From the NCBI GenBank assembly GCA_009699465.1, contig WLOE01000003.1, positions 1 to 46,035 on the forward strand: a DNA stretch of 46,035 bases. The letters run 5' to 3'. The notes under the pieces were generated by a model. That model did no database searches and was not told where the DNA came from. It saw only the letters and a program-made list of their open reading frames with translations. Position 1 is the stretch's first letter. Each line of letters opens with the position of its first letter. This document shows, one piece after another, positions 1 through 14,625 of this stretch. Origin of the DNA: Actinomycetota bacterium (GTDB lineage: Bacteria; Actinomycetota; Actinomycetes; S36-B12). The position numbers and the translations under genes are program-made.

Positions 1-99
1 ATCAAGCGTGTGCGCGCTAAATACCGCAAATCAGGAATCACTGTTTCGACCAAGACTGACCTCTACCGCGTAGCTCGATCAGAGGGCTTAATCCCCTGA
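1..99 (+). CDS. 3' fragment of a LuxR/NarL-type HTH regulator (truncated by window start)
   Basis: Frame 1 reads IKRVRAKYRKSGITVSTKTDLYRVARSEGLIP-stop (TGA 97-99), resembling the C-terminal helices of actinobacterial LuxR-family response regulators; only 32 codons visible. Confidence 0.6.
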   Translation: MKRVRAKYRKSGITVSTKTDLYRVARSEGLIP

Positions 100-102
100 T
101 CG

Positions 103-1629
103 TTACTCGCTCACTCCCAAGCGTTCGAGTAACAAGGCACGCACCTTCGCGGCATCTGCTTGACCCTTCGTGGCCTTCATCACTGCGCCTACCACTGCTC
201 CTGCAGCTTGAATCTTTCCGCTTTGAATCTTCTCAGCGACATCAGGTGCGGCAGCCAAGGCTTCATCAATGGCTGCTAAGAGCGCGCCATCGTCGCTCAC
301 AACTGCCAGCCCACGGGTTGCGATGATTTCTTCTACCGTGCCCTCACCAGCAAGAAGGCCTTCGAATACTTGACGAGCAAGCTTGTCATTGAGTGCACCA
401 GAAGTGATCAGCGATTCAACTTGCTGAATGTCGTGTGGCGTCACACTCAACGCTTCAAGCTCAACACCTTGCTCATTGGCCACACGCAACAATTCACCTG
501 TCCACCATTTACGCGCGGCAACCGAGTCAACACCAAAAGCAATGGTGGCTTCGACGAGATCAAGAGCGCCCGAGTTTGCAAGAGAAGCAAGCTCAAAGTC
601 GTTGATGTTCCATTCTTCCTTCAGTCGCGCACGCTTGACTGATGGCATTTCTGGTAGACCTGCGCGCAGTTCTTCTACCCAATCCCGACTTGGCGCAACT
701 GGCACTAGGTCTGGCTCAGGGAAGTATCGGTAATCCTCGGCTTTTTCCTTGGAACGACCACTGGTTGAACGGCCAGTATCTTCATGGAAATGTCGAGTTT
801 CCTGAATAACACGCCCGCCGTTGTCGAGCACCGAAGCTTGACGCTCAATTTCACTGCGTACTGCTCGTTCAACTGAACGCAATGAATTTACGTTCTTGGT
901 TTCACTGCGGGTGCCCCAGCCATCGCCAGGCTTGTTCAGCGAAAGGTTTACGTCGCAACGCATAGAACCCTCTTCCATGCGTACATCTGAAACGCCCAGA
1001 GCCCGCATGACATCGCGCAACTCTTTCACGTAAGCCTTAGCTACTTCTGGTGCAAGCGACCCCGTGCCAATCACTGTTTTGGTCACGATTTCGATTAAAG
1101 GAATGCCAGCACGGTTGTAATCAACGAGTGAGTACTCAGCGCCATGAATTCGGCCAGTGGCTCCACCCGTGTGAGTGAGTTTGCCGGTGTCTTCTTCCAT
1201 GTGTACGCGTTCAATTTCCACACGAAACACTTGAGGCCCATCAGGAGTATCTACTGTGACATCGAGATAGCCGTCATAACACAAAGGCTCGTCGTACTGA
1301 CTGATCTGGTAATCCTTGGGCATATCCGGATAGAAGTAATTCTTGCGAGCGAAGCGACACCATTCCGCGATATTGCAGTTCAGCGCTAACCCAATACGAA
1401 TTGTTGACTCAACAGCAACGCGGTTCACCACAGGCATTGATCCAGGCAACCCAAGGCACACAGGGCATACCTGAGTGTTTGCATCGGAACCGAAATCAGT
1501 TGAACATCCGCACCACATTTTGGAGTTGGTGCCAAGCTCAACATGCGTTTCGATACCAATGATTGGCTCGTAACGACTCATTGCCTCGTCAAATGGGATG
1601 TACACGTCGCCATGCGAAGTAGTGGTCAT
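103..1629 (-). CDS. gatB: Asp/Glu-tRNA amidotransferase subunit B
   Basis: [62 protein letters not shown] motifs; start moved to ATG 1629, which overlaps the gatA stop (ATGA). Confidence 0.98.
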   Translation of the reverse strand: MTTTSHGDVYIPFDEAMSRYEPIIGIETHVELGTNSKMWCGCSTDFGSDANTQVCPVCLGLPGSMPVVNRVAVESTIRIGLALNCNIAEWCRFARKNYFYPDMPKDYQISQYDEPLCYDGYLDVTVDTPDGPQVFRVEIERVHMEEDTGKLTHTGGATGRIHGAEYSLVDYNRAGIPLIEIVTKTVIGTGSLAPEVAKAYVKELRDVMRALGVSDVRMEEGSMRCDVNLSLNKPGDGWGTRSETKNVNSLRSVERAVRSEIERQASVLDNGGRVIQETRHFHEDTGRSTSGRSKEKAEDYRYFPEPDLVPVAPSRDWVEELRAGLPEMPSVKRARLKEEWNINDFELASLANSGALDLVEATIAFGVDSVAARKWWTGELLRVANEQGVELEALSVTPHDIQQVESLITSGALNDKLARQVFEGLLAGEGTVEEIIATRGLAVVSDDGALLAAIDEALAAAPDVAEKIQSGKIQAAGAVVGAVMKATKGQADAAKVRALLLERLGVSE

Positions 1630-3119
1630 AGCTCTGGAGCCTCCTCGATCAACAAATGGCCCCATCTATCAGTGAGCGCTGCTTCCAAGGCGCCGCCTGC
1701 GAGATACAAACGATCATCTGCCATGGCTGGCGCCATGATCTGGAATCCAACGGGCAAGCCATCTTCAGGAGCTAGGCCTATTGGTAAAGACATTGCGCCA
1801 ATTCCGGCAAGGTTCACTGGAATGGTTGCGACGTCATTGAGATACATCGCGATTGGATCGTCGAGCTTCTCACCCAACTTAAACGCAGTTGTCGGGGCCG
1901 TCGGCGAAACCAACACGTCGACCTGTTCAAAGGCGGCATTGAAGTCACGCGTAATGAGCGTGCGCACTTTTTGTGCTTGTCCGTAGTACGCGTCGTAATA
2001 GCCGCTCGACAAGGCATACGTACCCAGCATGATGCGTCGCTTTACTTCTGGACCAAATCCAGCCTCACGCGTCATTGACATCACTTGCTCAACACCGTTA
2101 TTTCCATCATCACCAACTCGCAGGCCATATCGCATGCCATCGAATCGCGCTAAGTTGCTTGATGCTTCGGAGGGAAGAATCAAGTAATACGCACCGAGGG
2201 CGTACTCGAAGCTTGGGCAGGACACTTCAATGACCTCAGCGCCTAAGCTCTGCAAAATTTCAAGTGCTTCGGCATACCGCTGTGAGACGCCGGCTTGATA
2301 GCCCTCACCACCCAGTTCTTTCACTACACCGATTTTCATCCCGCGAACATCAGCACGCTTTGCTGCTGCAACAACATCTGGGACTGGTGCATTGATCGAG
2401 GTTGAGTCCATCGGATCATGCCCGGCGATTGCGGCATGGAGTAAGGCAGTGTCCAACACCGTGCGAGCACATGGACCGGGCTGGTCAAGGGATGAAGCCA
2501 GGGCAATCTGGCCGTAACGCGAAACACCACCATAGGTCGGCTTCACTCCAACAGTGCCCGTGACGGATGCAGGCTGGCGAATTGATCCACCCGTATCTGT
2601 ACCTATAGCAAGTGGTGCTTCAAACGCCGCAAGTGCTGCAGCAGAACCGCCGCCAGATCCACCCGGAATGCGGTCGAGATCCCAAGGGTTATGCGTGGCG
2701 CCGTATGCCGAATGCTCAGTTGAGGAACCCATAGCGAATTCATCCATATTTGTTTTACCAAGGATGACAATGTCTGCTGCACGCAAGCGTTGCACCACTG
2801 TGGAGTCATATGGCGGCCGCCAACCTTCAAGTATTTTCGAGCCTGCTGTAGTGGGCTCACCCTTCATCGCAAGAACATCTTTCAGACCAAGTGGCACGCC
2901 AGCAAGAGGACCGAGTGTGGTGCCTGCAGCCACCTTGGCATCCACTGCCTTGGCCTGCTCCAAGGCGGCTTGCGCATTCACATGCAAGAACGCATGAACT
3001 TTGCCATCAACAGCACTGATGCGATCCAAGTGTGCTTGCGTTACCTCGACTGCAGATACTTCCTTTGTCGCAATAGCGTTTGCCAGTACAGAGGCGTTTT
3101 GACGAAACAGGTCACCCAT
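1626..3119 (-). CDS. gatA: Asp/Glu-tRNA amidotransferase subunit A
   Basis: Amidase signature [35 protein letters not shown]; lies between gatC and gatB. Confidence 0.98.
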   Translation of the reverse strand: MGDLFRQNASVLANAIATKEVSAVEVTQAHLDRISAVDGKVHAFLHVNAQAALEQAKAVDAKVAAGTTLGPLAGVPLGLKDVLAMKGEPTTAGSKILEGWRPPYDSTVVQRLRAADIVILGKTNMDEFAMGSSTEHSAYGATHNPWDLDRIPGGSGGGSAAALAAFEAPLAIGTDTGGSIRQPASVTGTVGVKPTYGGVSRYGQIALASSLDQPGPCARTVLDTALLHAAIAGHDPMDSTSINAPVPDVVAAAKRADVRGMKIGVVKELGGEGYQAGVSQRYAEALEILQSLGAEVIEVSCPSFEYALGAYYLILPSEASSNLARFDGMRYGLRVGDDGNNGVEQVMSMTREAGFGPEVKRRIMLGTYALSSGYYDAYYGQAQKVRTLITRDFNAAFEQVDVLVSPTAPTTAFKLGEKLDDPIAMYLNDVATIPVNLAGIGAMSLPIGLAPEDGLPVGFQIMAPAMADDRLYLAGGALEAALTDRWGHLLIEEAPEL

Positions 3120-3121
3120 GA

Positions 3122-6597
<3,476 letters not shown>

Positions 6598-6598
<1 letters not shown>

Positions 6599-7680
6599 TA
6601 GCGAACAACTCGGCGAGTGCGTTCGACTGTTGCCGAACCAATCACACGAGTTCCGTCAAACAACACCATGCCTTGCCCTGTTGCTAGACCACGAATTGGT
6701 TCATCGAGGTCGACAACCAATTCACCATTGAGCACTCGCGCGCGTGCAGGCACAGGTGCACCATGGGCACGCACTTGTGCAAAACACGCGATGGACTCGT
6801 CACTCACTGCGACATTGGTCCAGGTTGGACGTACGCCAACGATTTGATCCACATCGAGCAGCACCGGTGGTCCGACAAAGACTTTGCGGGTCGCGATGTC
6901 CACGTCAACAACGTAACGCGGCTTACCATCAACTGCTGGCACACGGAGATCTAACCCACGTCGCTGACCAATCGTGTAACCGAAAGCGCCTTCATGCTCA
7001 GCAATGACCTGGCCGGTTTCAATATCAACAATTTCACCGGGTTGATCACCAAGCTTTGAACGCAAGAAACCTGCTGTGTCACCATCAGGAATGAAGCAGA
7101 TGTCATGGCTATCTGGTTTTTTCGCGGTCAGGAGGCCGCGCTGTTCGGCTTCGATGCGCACTTCACTTTTCGTATTCCCACCAAGTGGAAAAAGCGAATG
7201 CTCTAACTGCCATTGCTCCAGCATGCCCAGCACATATGACTGATCTTTTTCTGGATCGACTGCGCGATGAAGTTCTTTGCCTAACGAACCATCAACGACT
7301 TGTGCGTAATGTCCGGTCGCGACAGCATCGAATCCTAGATCGAGTGCCCGATCGAGAAGCGCAAGAAACTTGATTTTTTCATTGCACCGTAAACATGGAT
7401 TTGGTGTGTGGCCGTGGCTGTATTCCTCAAGGAAGTTATTCATCACTTCTTCGCGAAATTGCTCGGACAAATCCCATACATAAAAAGGAATATCGAGCTT
7501 GTCGGCAACTCTGCGCGCATCTCGCGCATCATCGAGTGTGCAACATCCACGAGATCCTGGAACGCTCGATGATTTGGACAACGCTAAGTGCACGCCCGTG
7601 ACCTCATGCCCGGCGTCAACCATGCGAGCTGCGGTAACGGAAGAATCAACGCCACCTGACATTGCGGTGAGAACCTTCAT
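6598..7680 (-). CDS. mnmA: tRNA 2-thiouridine(34) synthase
   Basis: PP-loop SGGVDS, RGCC, TPNPCLRCN, ATGHYA, KDQSYVL, DSHDICFI, TIGQRRGL. Confidence 0.97.
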
Positions 7681-8861
7681 GAGCGACTCCGAACATGGCC
7701 GGCACGACTTGCACGCTCAACAGCTGCAGGCAGCACTTCGATCAGGTGATCAATCTCTGCAGTCGTTGAGTCGGCACCAAGTGAAAATCTCAAAGATCCA
7801 CGTGAAGCTTGTGGCTCTGCACCCATCGCCAACAGCACGTGACTCGGTTCTGGAATTCCTGCAGTGCACGCTGATCCAGTTGAACAGTCAATTCCCGCCG
7901 CATCCAGCAACATCAACAAGGCGTCGCCTTCGCAATCATCAAAAGTAAAATGTGCATTTGCTGGTAGACGACGGTCTGCGTCAAGGACCGGCTCACCATT
8001 GAGCTTTGCGGCAGGAACACTTGCTAAGACACGCGAAATGAGATCATTTCTTAGCGCCTTCACTCGCACCGCAAATTGCGCTTGATGTTCGACTGCGCTG
8101 CGCACAGCAACGGCAAAACTTGCAATACCGGCGGCGTCCAGGGTTCCTGAGCGAATCTCACGTTCATGCCCACCACCGTGAAGCACAGGGGTTGGCTTGA
8201 TGTCTGGATCAAGAATGAGTGCACCGACACCAAAGGGGCCACCGACTTTATGCGCCGTGATCGTGACAGCTGATGCACCGAGTTCGGTGAGGTTCATCGG
8301 CAGCTGACCAAGCACCTGTACTGCGTCAGTGTGAAAAGCAACGCCATGGGCTCGACATAACGCCGCCAATTCGTACACTGGCTGGACAGTTCCAACTTCG
8401 TTGTTCGCCCACATCACTGTGACGAGCGCTACGTCTTGCAAGGCTAAAGCGGCCTCTACTTCATCAAGGTTGATCCGTCCAACTGCATCAACACCAACCC
8501 ACAGCACCTTCGCGCCTTGGTGCTCACCAATCCACTTCACGGGATCAAGAACTGCGTGATGTTCAATTGACGAAGCAACGACGCCGACCTTGCCAAGCTC
8601 TTGGCCTCGCCAGAACAACCCTTTGACCGCGAGGTTGTCAGATTCGGTGCCGCCACCGGTGAAGATCACTGCGCTTGGTCGAGTCACGAGATCTTCCGCG
8701 ATGCTTTCGCGTGCTTCTTCAACAATCCTGCGCGTACGCCTGCCTGAATCGTGCAGAGAGGAGGGGTTACCTACCAGGGAGCTCACCTCGAGCCAGCGGT
8801 CTTGAGCCTGCGGCAATATACGCGTTGTTGCCGCATGATCAAGGTAGGTACGGGGTTTCAC
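7677..8861 (-). CDS. iscS: Cysteine desulfurase (NifS/IscS family)
   Basis: YLDHAATT, GNPSS, TGGGTESDN, HTDAVQ, PLP lysine in AHKVGG, catalytic Cys in STGSACTAG; AGGAG RBS before the GTG; coupled to mnmA. Confidence 0.93.
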   Translation of the reverse strand: MKPRTYLDHAATTRILPQAQDRWLEVSSLVGNPSSLHDSGRRTRRIVEEARESIAEDLVTRPSAVIFTGGGTESDNLAVKGLFWRGQELGKVGVVASSIEHHAVLDPVKWIGEHQGAKVLWVGVDAVGRINLDEVEAALALQDVALVTVMWANNEVGTVQPVYELAALCRAHGVAFHTDAVQVLGQLPMNLTELGASAVTITAHKVGGPFGVGALILDPDIKPTPVLHGGGHEREIRSGTLDAAGIASFAVAVRSAVEHQAQFAVRVKALRNDLISRVLASVPAAKLNGEPVLDADRRLPANAHFTFDDCEGDALLMLLDAAGIDCSTGSACTAGIPEPSHVLLAMGAEPQASRGSLRFSLGADSTTAEIDHLIEVLPAAVERASRAGHVRSRS

Positions 8862-8884
8862 AACTCCTGATGGTAGTGCTCGCC

Positions 8885-9664
8885 CTACCTCCCCGTGAAC
8901 GTTGCTTTACCTGCGCCATTTTCCACGAAGGACTGCATTCCAATCCGGGCATCGTCGGTGGCAAATAGCCCCGCAAAAGCCTGGCGTTCAATTTCAATTC
9001 CGGTATTGAGGTCTACGTCCAAACCAAGGTCGATTGCCCGCTTTGCTGCCTGCATGGCAATACGAGGTCCCTTGGCAAGCTGACGTGCCCATTCCAGAGA
9101 TCGGTCGAGTACCTGCTCATTTGGCACAACAACATCCACAAGACCGATGTTCAATGCCTCCTGGGCATCCACAAAGCGACCTGAAAAGATCAAGTCCTTG
9201 GCTTTGGCAGGACCGATAAGACGCGGCAACCGCTGGCTGCCTCCCGCACCGGGAATAAGTCCTAAAAGAATTTCGGGCTGACCAAGCTTTGCATTGTCCG
9301 CGCAGACTCGGAAATCGCAGGCAAGCGCCAATTCACAGCCGCCGCCGAGAGCAAAGCCCGTGATTGCAGCTATCGTCGGTTGCGCAATATTGGCAACCGC
9401 TGTGAAAAAGGACTCAAGAGCAATCGAAAATTGAATGGCGTCCTGATAGGTCATATCAGCCATCTCTTTTACATCTGCACCCGCAGCAAACACCCGCTCG
9501 CCACCGTAAATCACTACGGCATTGATATCTGTGCGTCCAGAAATCTCGACCGCTATTGCACCGATTTCTCGCTGCATTTGGGCATTGAGAGCATTCATCT
9601 TTGGGCGCTGCAAATGAATAATGCCAACTGAATCTCGAACTTCAAGCATGACGAACTCAGACAT
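8885..9664 (-). CDS. Enoyl-CoA hydratase/isomerase family protein
   Basis: FAAGADVKE, ALGGGCELALACD, GQPEILLG (both catalytic Glu present); start set to ATG 9664 with GGAGAAG RBS and TAGGCT -10 at 9696-9701. Confidence 0.93.
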   Translation of the reverse strand: MSEFVMLEVRDSVGIIHLQRPKMNALNAQMQREIGAIAVEISGRTDINAVVIYGGERVFAAGADVKEMADMTYQDAIQFSIALESFFTAVANIAQPTIAAITGFALGGGCELALACDFRVCADNAKLGQPEILLGLIPGAGGSQRLPRLIGPAKAKDLIFSGRFVDAQEALNIGLVDVVVPNEQVLDRSLEWARQLAKGPRIAMQAAKRAIDLGLDVDLNTGIEIERQAFAGLFATDDARIGMQSFVENGAGKATFTGR

Positions 9665-9742
9665 AACTTCTCCGTACAAACGATGGGGTCCGGGCAGCCT
9701 AGCGTCGCATTCGTCCAGGTGTGACCCTGTTAGCGTTATCAG

Positions 9743-11845
9743 GTGCCCCTGACTCACCCACATCGCTGGGATCCTCTGGGTGTTCGCCCCGACGGCAACG
9801 GCGGTGCCTTCGCAGCACTTTGGGCTCCAGAAGCAAGCCAAGTCTTCCTCTGTATCTTTGATGACGATGACAATGAGCATCAAGTAGCGCTGACTGAGCG
9901 AGTCTTCAATATTTTCAATGGGCATATTGCGCACATGCCAGTAGGCACTCGCTATGGATTCAGAGTGCATGGTGACTGGAATCCAGCAGTCGGCCACCGC
10001 TGGAATCCTCATAAATTGCTGATCGATCCTTACGCCAAAGCCATCGACGGCCAGCTCCTTCTCAACTCAGCAGTCAACGGCCACATGGGTAATGACGACC
10101 TCGCATTTAACGCGGAAAACTCAGCTCCATTTGTTCCAAAATCAGTGCTTGTTGACACCTCGTTCGACTGGGGCACGGACCAGGCGCCCAATACCCCGTG
10201 GAGCGATACGGTTATTTACGAGGCACACGTCAAAGGACTCACGAAGCTTCATCCGAGCGTTCCAGAACACCAACGCGGTACCTACGCTGGTGTCAGTCAC
10301 CCTGCCGTGATTGAGCATCTTGTCGCGTGCGGAGTCACCGCTGTAGAACTTCTGCCAATCCACCAATTTGTCGATGAAGTCCACTTGATGGAACTTGGTC
10401 TCACGAACTACTGGGGCTACAACTCGATCGGCTTTTTTGCGCCACATGACGCTTACTCGTCATCGGGTACACGCGGCGAACAAGTCAATGAGTTCAAGAA
10501 TATGGTCAAGAACCTCCACGCTGCTGGCCTTGAGGTGATTTTGGATGTGGTTTATAACCACACTGCAGAGGGCAATCAATTCGGGCCGACCTTAAGTTTC
10601 CGCGGGATCGATAATGACGACTACTACCACCTATCTCATGATGGCCGGGCATACTCGGACTACACCGGCACCGGCAACACTTTGAATCTTTCCAATCCAC
10701 ATGTATTACAAATGGTGATGGACTCACTGCGCTATTGGGTGACTGAAATGCATGTTGATGGTTTCCGCTTTGACCTTGCCTCAGCCTTGGCTCGATCGAT
10801 GCACGATGTCGACATGTTGGGGACCTTCATGTCGACTCTTCAGCAAGATCCAGTACTTCGACGCGTCAAGCTGATTGCAGAACCTTGGGATGTGGGCCCT
10901 GGTGGCTATCAGGTAGGCGAGTTTCCACCACTGTGGACCGAGTGGAATGACAAGTACCGCGATTGCGTACGCGACTGGTGGCGCGGCGCGGCGGGTATCA
11001 GCGAAATCGGCTGGCGCTTAACGGGTTCTGCTGATCTTTATGGCGGCGAAGGTCGACGTCCGTTCGCATCTATTAACTTCATCACTGCACATGATGGTTT
11101 CACCATGAAGGATTTGGTGAGTTACGAGCACAAACACAATTTAGCAAACGGTGAAGAAAACCGGGATGGCACCAACAACAATCGTTCACGTAATTATGGC
11201 GTTGAAGGCCCAACCGATGACTTGTCAATTATTGCTGTTCGCGACAGACAGATTCGTAACATGTTTTCCACTCTTGCACTCTCAACTGGTGTACCGATGA
11301 TCACCGCGGGTGATGAATTTGGGCGAAGTCAACAAGGCAATAACAACGCCTACTGTCAAGACAATACAATCTCCTGGATCAACTGGGATTTGACTCAGGC
11401 ACAGTGGGATTTGTTGACCTATAACCAGCGCACCATGCAGATTCGTCACAAGTACCGCACATTTAGGCAGCGCCACCACTTTGATGGCAAGCCACTTCAC
11501 GAAGGCGGGCCTAAGGATTTAGCTTGGTTCGCACCCGATGGCACCGATATTCATGAGTCTGCATGGCATGAAGGCGATCGTCGAACCCTTGGCATGTTCA
11601 TTACAGGCGAACTCCCACAAAATCATGAGCATGAAACATTCACTGACGCATCATTCATGTTGTTACTTCATGCAGGTGAGCAAGAACAAGAATTCATTCT
11701 TCCAGGCGCGCCTTACGGACATACCTATGAATGTGAACTTGATAGCGCAGCAGGCATCCACCCCAACACGTACCCAGTAATGCAAGCGGGAGCCACCGTA
11801 ACGATGGCTCCCCTAAGCATGCTGCTGTTTCGTATCAGCAGTTAA
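9743..11845 (+). CDS. glgX: Glycogen debranching enzyme (isoamylase, GH13)
   Basis: NYWGYN, DVVYNHT, GFRFDLA (nucleophile), IAEPWD (acid/base), FITAHDGF, QQGNNNAYCQD. Confidence 0.97.
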   Translation: MPLTHPHRWDPLGVRPDGNGGAFAALWAPEASQVFLCIFDDDDNEHQVALTERVFNIFNGHIAHMPVGTRYGFRVHGDWNPAVGHRWNPHKLLIDPYAKAIDGQLLLNSAVNGHMGNDDLAFNAENSAPFVPKSVLVDTSFDWGTDQAPNTPWSDTVIYEAHVKGLTKLHPSVPEHQRGTYAGVSHPAVIEHLVACGVTAVELLPIHQFVDEVHLMELGLTNYWGYNSIGFFAPHDAYSSSGTRGEQVNEFKNMVKNLHAAGLEVILDVVYNHTAEGNQFGPTLSFRGIDNDDYYHLSHDGRAYSDYTGTGNTLNLSNPHVLQMVMDSLRYWVTEMHVDGFRFDLASALARSMHDVDMLGTFMSTLQQDPVLRRVKLIAEPWDVGPGGYQVGEFPPLWTEWNDKYRDCVRDWWRGAAGISEIGWRLTGSADLYGGEGRRPFASINFITAHDGFTMKDLVSYEHKHNLANGEENRDGTNNNRSRNYGVEGPTDDLSIIAVRDRQIRNMFSTLALSTGVPMITAGDEFGRSQQGNNNAYCQDNTISWINWDLTQAQWDLLTYNQRTMQIRHKYRTFRQRHHFDGKPLHEGGPKDLAWFAPDGTDIHESAWHEGDRRTLGMFITGELPQNHEHETFTDASFMLLLHAGEQEQEFILPGAPYGHTYECELDSAAGIHPNTYPVMQAGATVTMAPLSMLLFRISS

Positions 11846-11849
11846 AGAA

Positions 11850-14471
11850 CTACTTATCGAACTGCACCGGTTTTTCACCTGAATGCACTTCTGCCGCTAC
11901 TACAGGCAGCGTCTGTAGTCCCATTTCTTGAGGTGACGCTAATCCGCGATGGTTTGGCAAGATACGAACGGTATAGCCGAACGGTCCATTCTGAGCCAAG
12001 TTCAGCTTCAGCGAATACAACCAGCGATTGCCCTCATAGCCCTCAATTGCATCCATCGCCGGTGTTCGAGCATCCACAATGACATCGAATGAGTCCACTC
12101 GCCCGTGCACGACCTGCACGATGACATCATGTGGCTTGAGATCGCCTAAAGCGACATACGCACGAATCTCAACTTCAGTACCAAGGTTGACCGTGTCACC
12201 AACACCTTGGATTTCAACGTGTTCAACACGCGCTGTACTCCAAGCGCTGCGCACTTGCGACTTCCATGCTGCTACTTCACGAGCGAGTGCAAAGTTATCT
12301 GCATTGGCAGCACGGCCTGCTTCAGCAGCTGGCAAGTACAAGGTATTGACGTAGTCGCGAACCATCCGGCTTGCCAGAACCTTGGGCCCAAGGGTGCTGA
12401 GCGTGTGGCGAACCATGCCAATCCAACGACCTGGAACGCCCTGCGCGTTGTTCTCATAGAACGTTGGAGCAACAGATTTTTCAATAAGCTCGTAAAGAGC
12501 GGCAGCTTCGAGGTCATCGCGATGATCAGCGTCTTCCACGCCATCAGCGGTCGGGATTGCCCAACCATTTTGACCATCGAACCATTCATCCCACCAACCA
12601 TCGAGAATCGAGAGATTCAAGGCGCCATTAAGAGCAGCCTTCATGCCTGACGTGCCACTTGCTTCAAGTGGACGAATGGGATTGTTCAACCATACGTCGC
12701 ACCCGGGGTAGAGCAAGGTCGCCATTGCCATGTCGTAGTTCGGGAGAAACACAATGCGATGTCGAACTCCTTCTTCGTCGGCAAATTGAACAAGCTCTTG
12801 AATGAGCTTCTTTCCGCCATCGTCAGCAGGATGTGACTTTCCTGCAACTACCAACTGCACTGGACGCTTCTCATCAAGCAGCAGTGCACGCAAACGATTC
12901 TTATCGCGCAACATCAATGTGAGGCGCTTATAGGATGGAACTCGGCGCGCAAAACCAATGGTGAGAATGTCAGGATGCAAAACGCCATCGATCCATGAGA
13001 GTTCAGCTTCACTTACTCCGCGCAGTAACCACGACTCACGAAGGCGCTTACGAGCATCGTGAATCAACACCTCACGCAGCTGACGCTTGACCGCCCAGAT
13101 TCGCTCATCTGACGAATTCGCGATTGCTTCCCAACCTTGTGGTTCGTTCAACAAACTTGCGTTGTCCGCACTCAAAGCAAGATCGCGGATCTGTCGAGAC
13201 ACCCATGTTGGCGCATGCACACCATTCGTGATGGAAGTGATTGGCACGTCATCGGCATCAAATCCTGACCACAGGCCAGCAAACATTCCACGTGACACTT
13301 CACCGTGCAACAAACTCACACCATTGGCTCGACCTGCAATGCGCAAACCCATAACGGCCATATTGAAGACGCTTGGATCACCGCCTTCGTAACTCTCAGT
13401 GCCCAACGCAAGGATGCGATCAATGGGAACGCCATCGGCCGCGTTATCCCCGCCGAAAGTTTTTGCTACAAGGTCTATTGGGAAGCGGTCGATACCTGCA
13501 GGAACTGGGGTGTGCGTGGTGAACACCGTTCCAGCACGCACAGCTTCGAAGGCTTCGTCATACGAAAGCCCCTGATCCGACTGCACGAGTTCGCGAATGC
13601 GCTCAAGGCCCAGGAATCCTGCGTGACCTTCATTGGTATGGAACACTTCAGGAGCTGGAACACCAGTGATGCGGCAGTAAGCGCGAAGCGCACGAACGCC
13701 ACCAATACCCAACAGCATTTCCTGATGCAGCCGATGCTCTCCGCCACCGCCATACAGGCGATCAGTGACTTCGCGTTCAGCAGGAGCATTTTCTTCAACA
13801 TCTGAATCGAGCATGAGCAGCGGAACACTGCCTACTTGGGCAATCCAAATGCGCGCATGGATCACACGGCCACCATTGAGGCCAACCGCAATCTTGGCTG
13901 CACTGCCATCTGTTTCACGTAACAACGTGACTGGACTGCCATCTGGATCACACACGGGATAGCGCTCAAGTTGCCAGCCATCGCGCGACAGTGACTGGTT
14001 GAAGTACCCGGCGCGATAGAACAAACCCAAAGCGATAATTGGCACACCAAGATCACTTGCGGTTTTCAAATGGTCGCCAGCAAGAATGCCAAGACCACCG
14101 GAGTACTGAGGAAGCGCAGCAGTCACACCAAACTCAGGTGAGAAGTATGCGATCCCAGCTGCTGCATCACTACCAAGTGATTGATACCAGCGATCACTCG
14201 TGAGGTAATCACGGAGTTTGTTAACACGCTGTTCTACCCAACCGACATAGCCATCATCGGCTGCGAGCTCTGCAAGACGCTCAGCTGACACTTCACCCAA
14301 TAGCCGTACGGGGTCTTCGTCCACCCGATGCCATAGGTCCCGGTCGATAGCTGCAAAGAGATCTCGGGTTTCAGGATCCCAAGACCAGTGCAGATTGAGG
14401 CTGAGTTCCTCAAGGGCTGCTAAGCGCTGCGGGAGGACTGTACGGACGGTGAATCGGCGGATAGCTCTCAC
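11850..14471 (-). CDS. glgP: Alpha-glucan (glycogen) phosphorylase, GT35
   Basis: YFSPEFG, YSGGLGILAGDHLK, HTNEGHAG, FARRVPSYKR, EASGTSGMKAALNG (PLP Lys); start set to GTG 14471 (MRAIRRFTVR), 7 nt downstream of a TATGGT -10. Confidence 0.96.
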   Translation of the reverse strand: MRAIRRFTVRTVLPQRLAALEELSLNLHWSWDPETRDLFAAIDRDLWHRVDEDPVRLLGEVSAERLAELAADDGYVGWVEQRVNKLRDYLTSDRWYQSLGSDAAAGIAYFSPEFGVTAALPQYSGGLGILAGDHLKTASDLGVPIIALGLFYRAGYFNQSLSRDGWQLERYPVCDPDGSPVTLLRETDGSAAKIAVGLNGGRVIHARIWIAQVGSVPLLMLDSDVEENAPAEREVTDRLYGGGGEHRLHQEMLLGIGGVRALRAYCRITGVPAPEVFHTNEGHAGFLGLERIRELVQSDQGLSYDEAFEAVRAGTVFTTHTPVPAGIDRFPIDLVAKTFGGDNAADGVPIDRILALGTESYEGGDPSVFNMAVMGLRIAGRANGVSLLHGEVSRGMFAGLWSGFDADDVPITSITNGVHAPTWVSRQIRDLALSADNASLLNEPQGWEAIANSSDERIWAVKRQLREVLIHDARKRLRESWLLRGVSEAELSWIDGVLHPDILTIGFARRVPSYKRLTLMLRDKNRLRALLLDEKRPVQLVVAGKSHPADDGGKKLIQELVQFADEEGVRHRIVFLPNYDMAMATLLYPGCDVWLNNPIRPLEASGTSGMKAALNGALNLSILDGWWDEWFDGQNGWAIPTADGVEDADHRDDLEAAALYELIEKSVAPTFYENNAQGVPGRWIGMVRHTLSTLGPKVLASRMVRDYVNTLYLPAAEAGRAANADNFALAREVAAWKSQVRSAWSTARVEHVEIQGVGDTVNLGTEVEIRAYVALGDLKPHDVIVQVVHGRVDSFDVIVDARTPAMDAIEGYEGNRWLYSLKLNLAQNGPFGYTVRILPNHRGLASPQEMGLQTLPVVAAEVHSGEKPVQFDK

Positions 14472-14625
14472 GTGAAAAACCATAGTCGATATGACAACGC
14501 TTACATCACCAAGGAGGTCACAGCCATGTGAATTTCAGGAAACATTTGGGTACCTACCGGGCAGATCGGGCATGAAAGCCGCAGTGAACTGCCGGTTTTC
14601 CTCATTCGCCGGTACGGTTTCAGGC

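Noticed and set aside
9665-10012. N-terminal extension of the enoyl-CoA hydratase ORF (375 aa in the track)
   Set aside because: Overlaps glgX on the opposite strand; family similarity, RBS and -10 all point to ATG 9664.
14491-14571. Longest-ORF start of glgE at 14491
   Set aside because: No SD, sits in the divergent promoter region, and the translated stretch is not GlgE-like.
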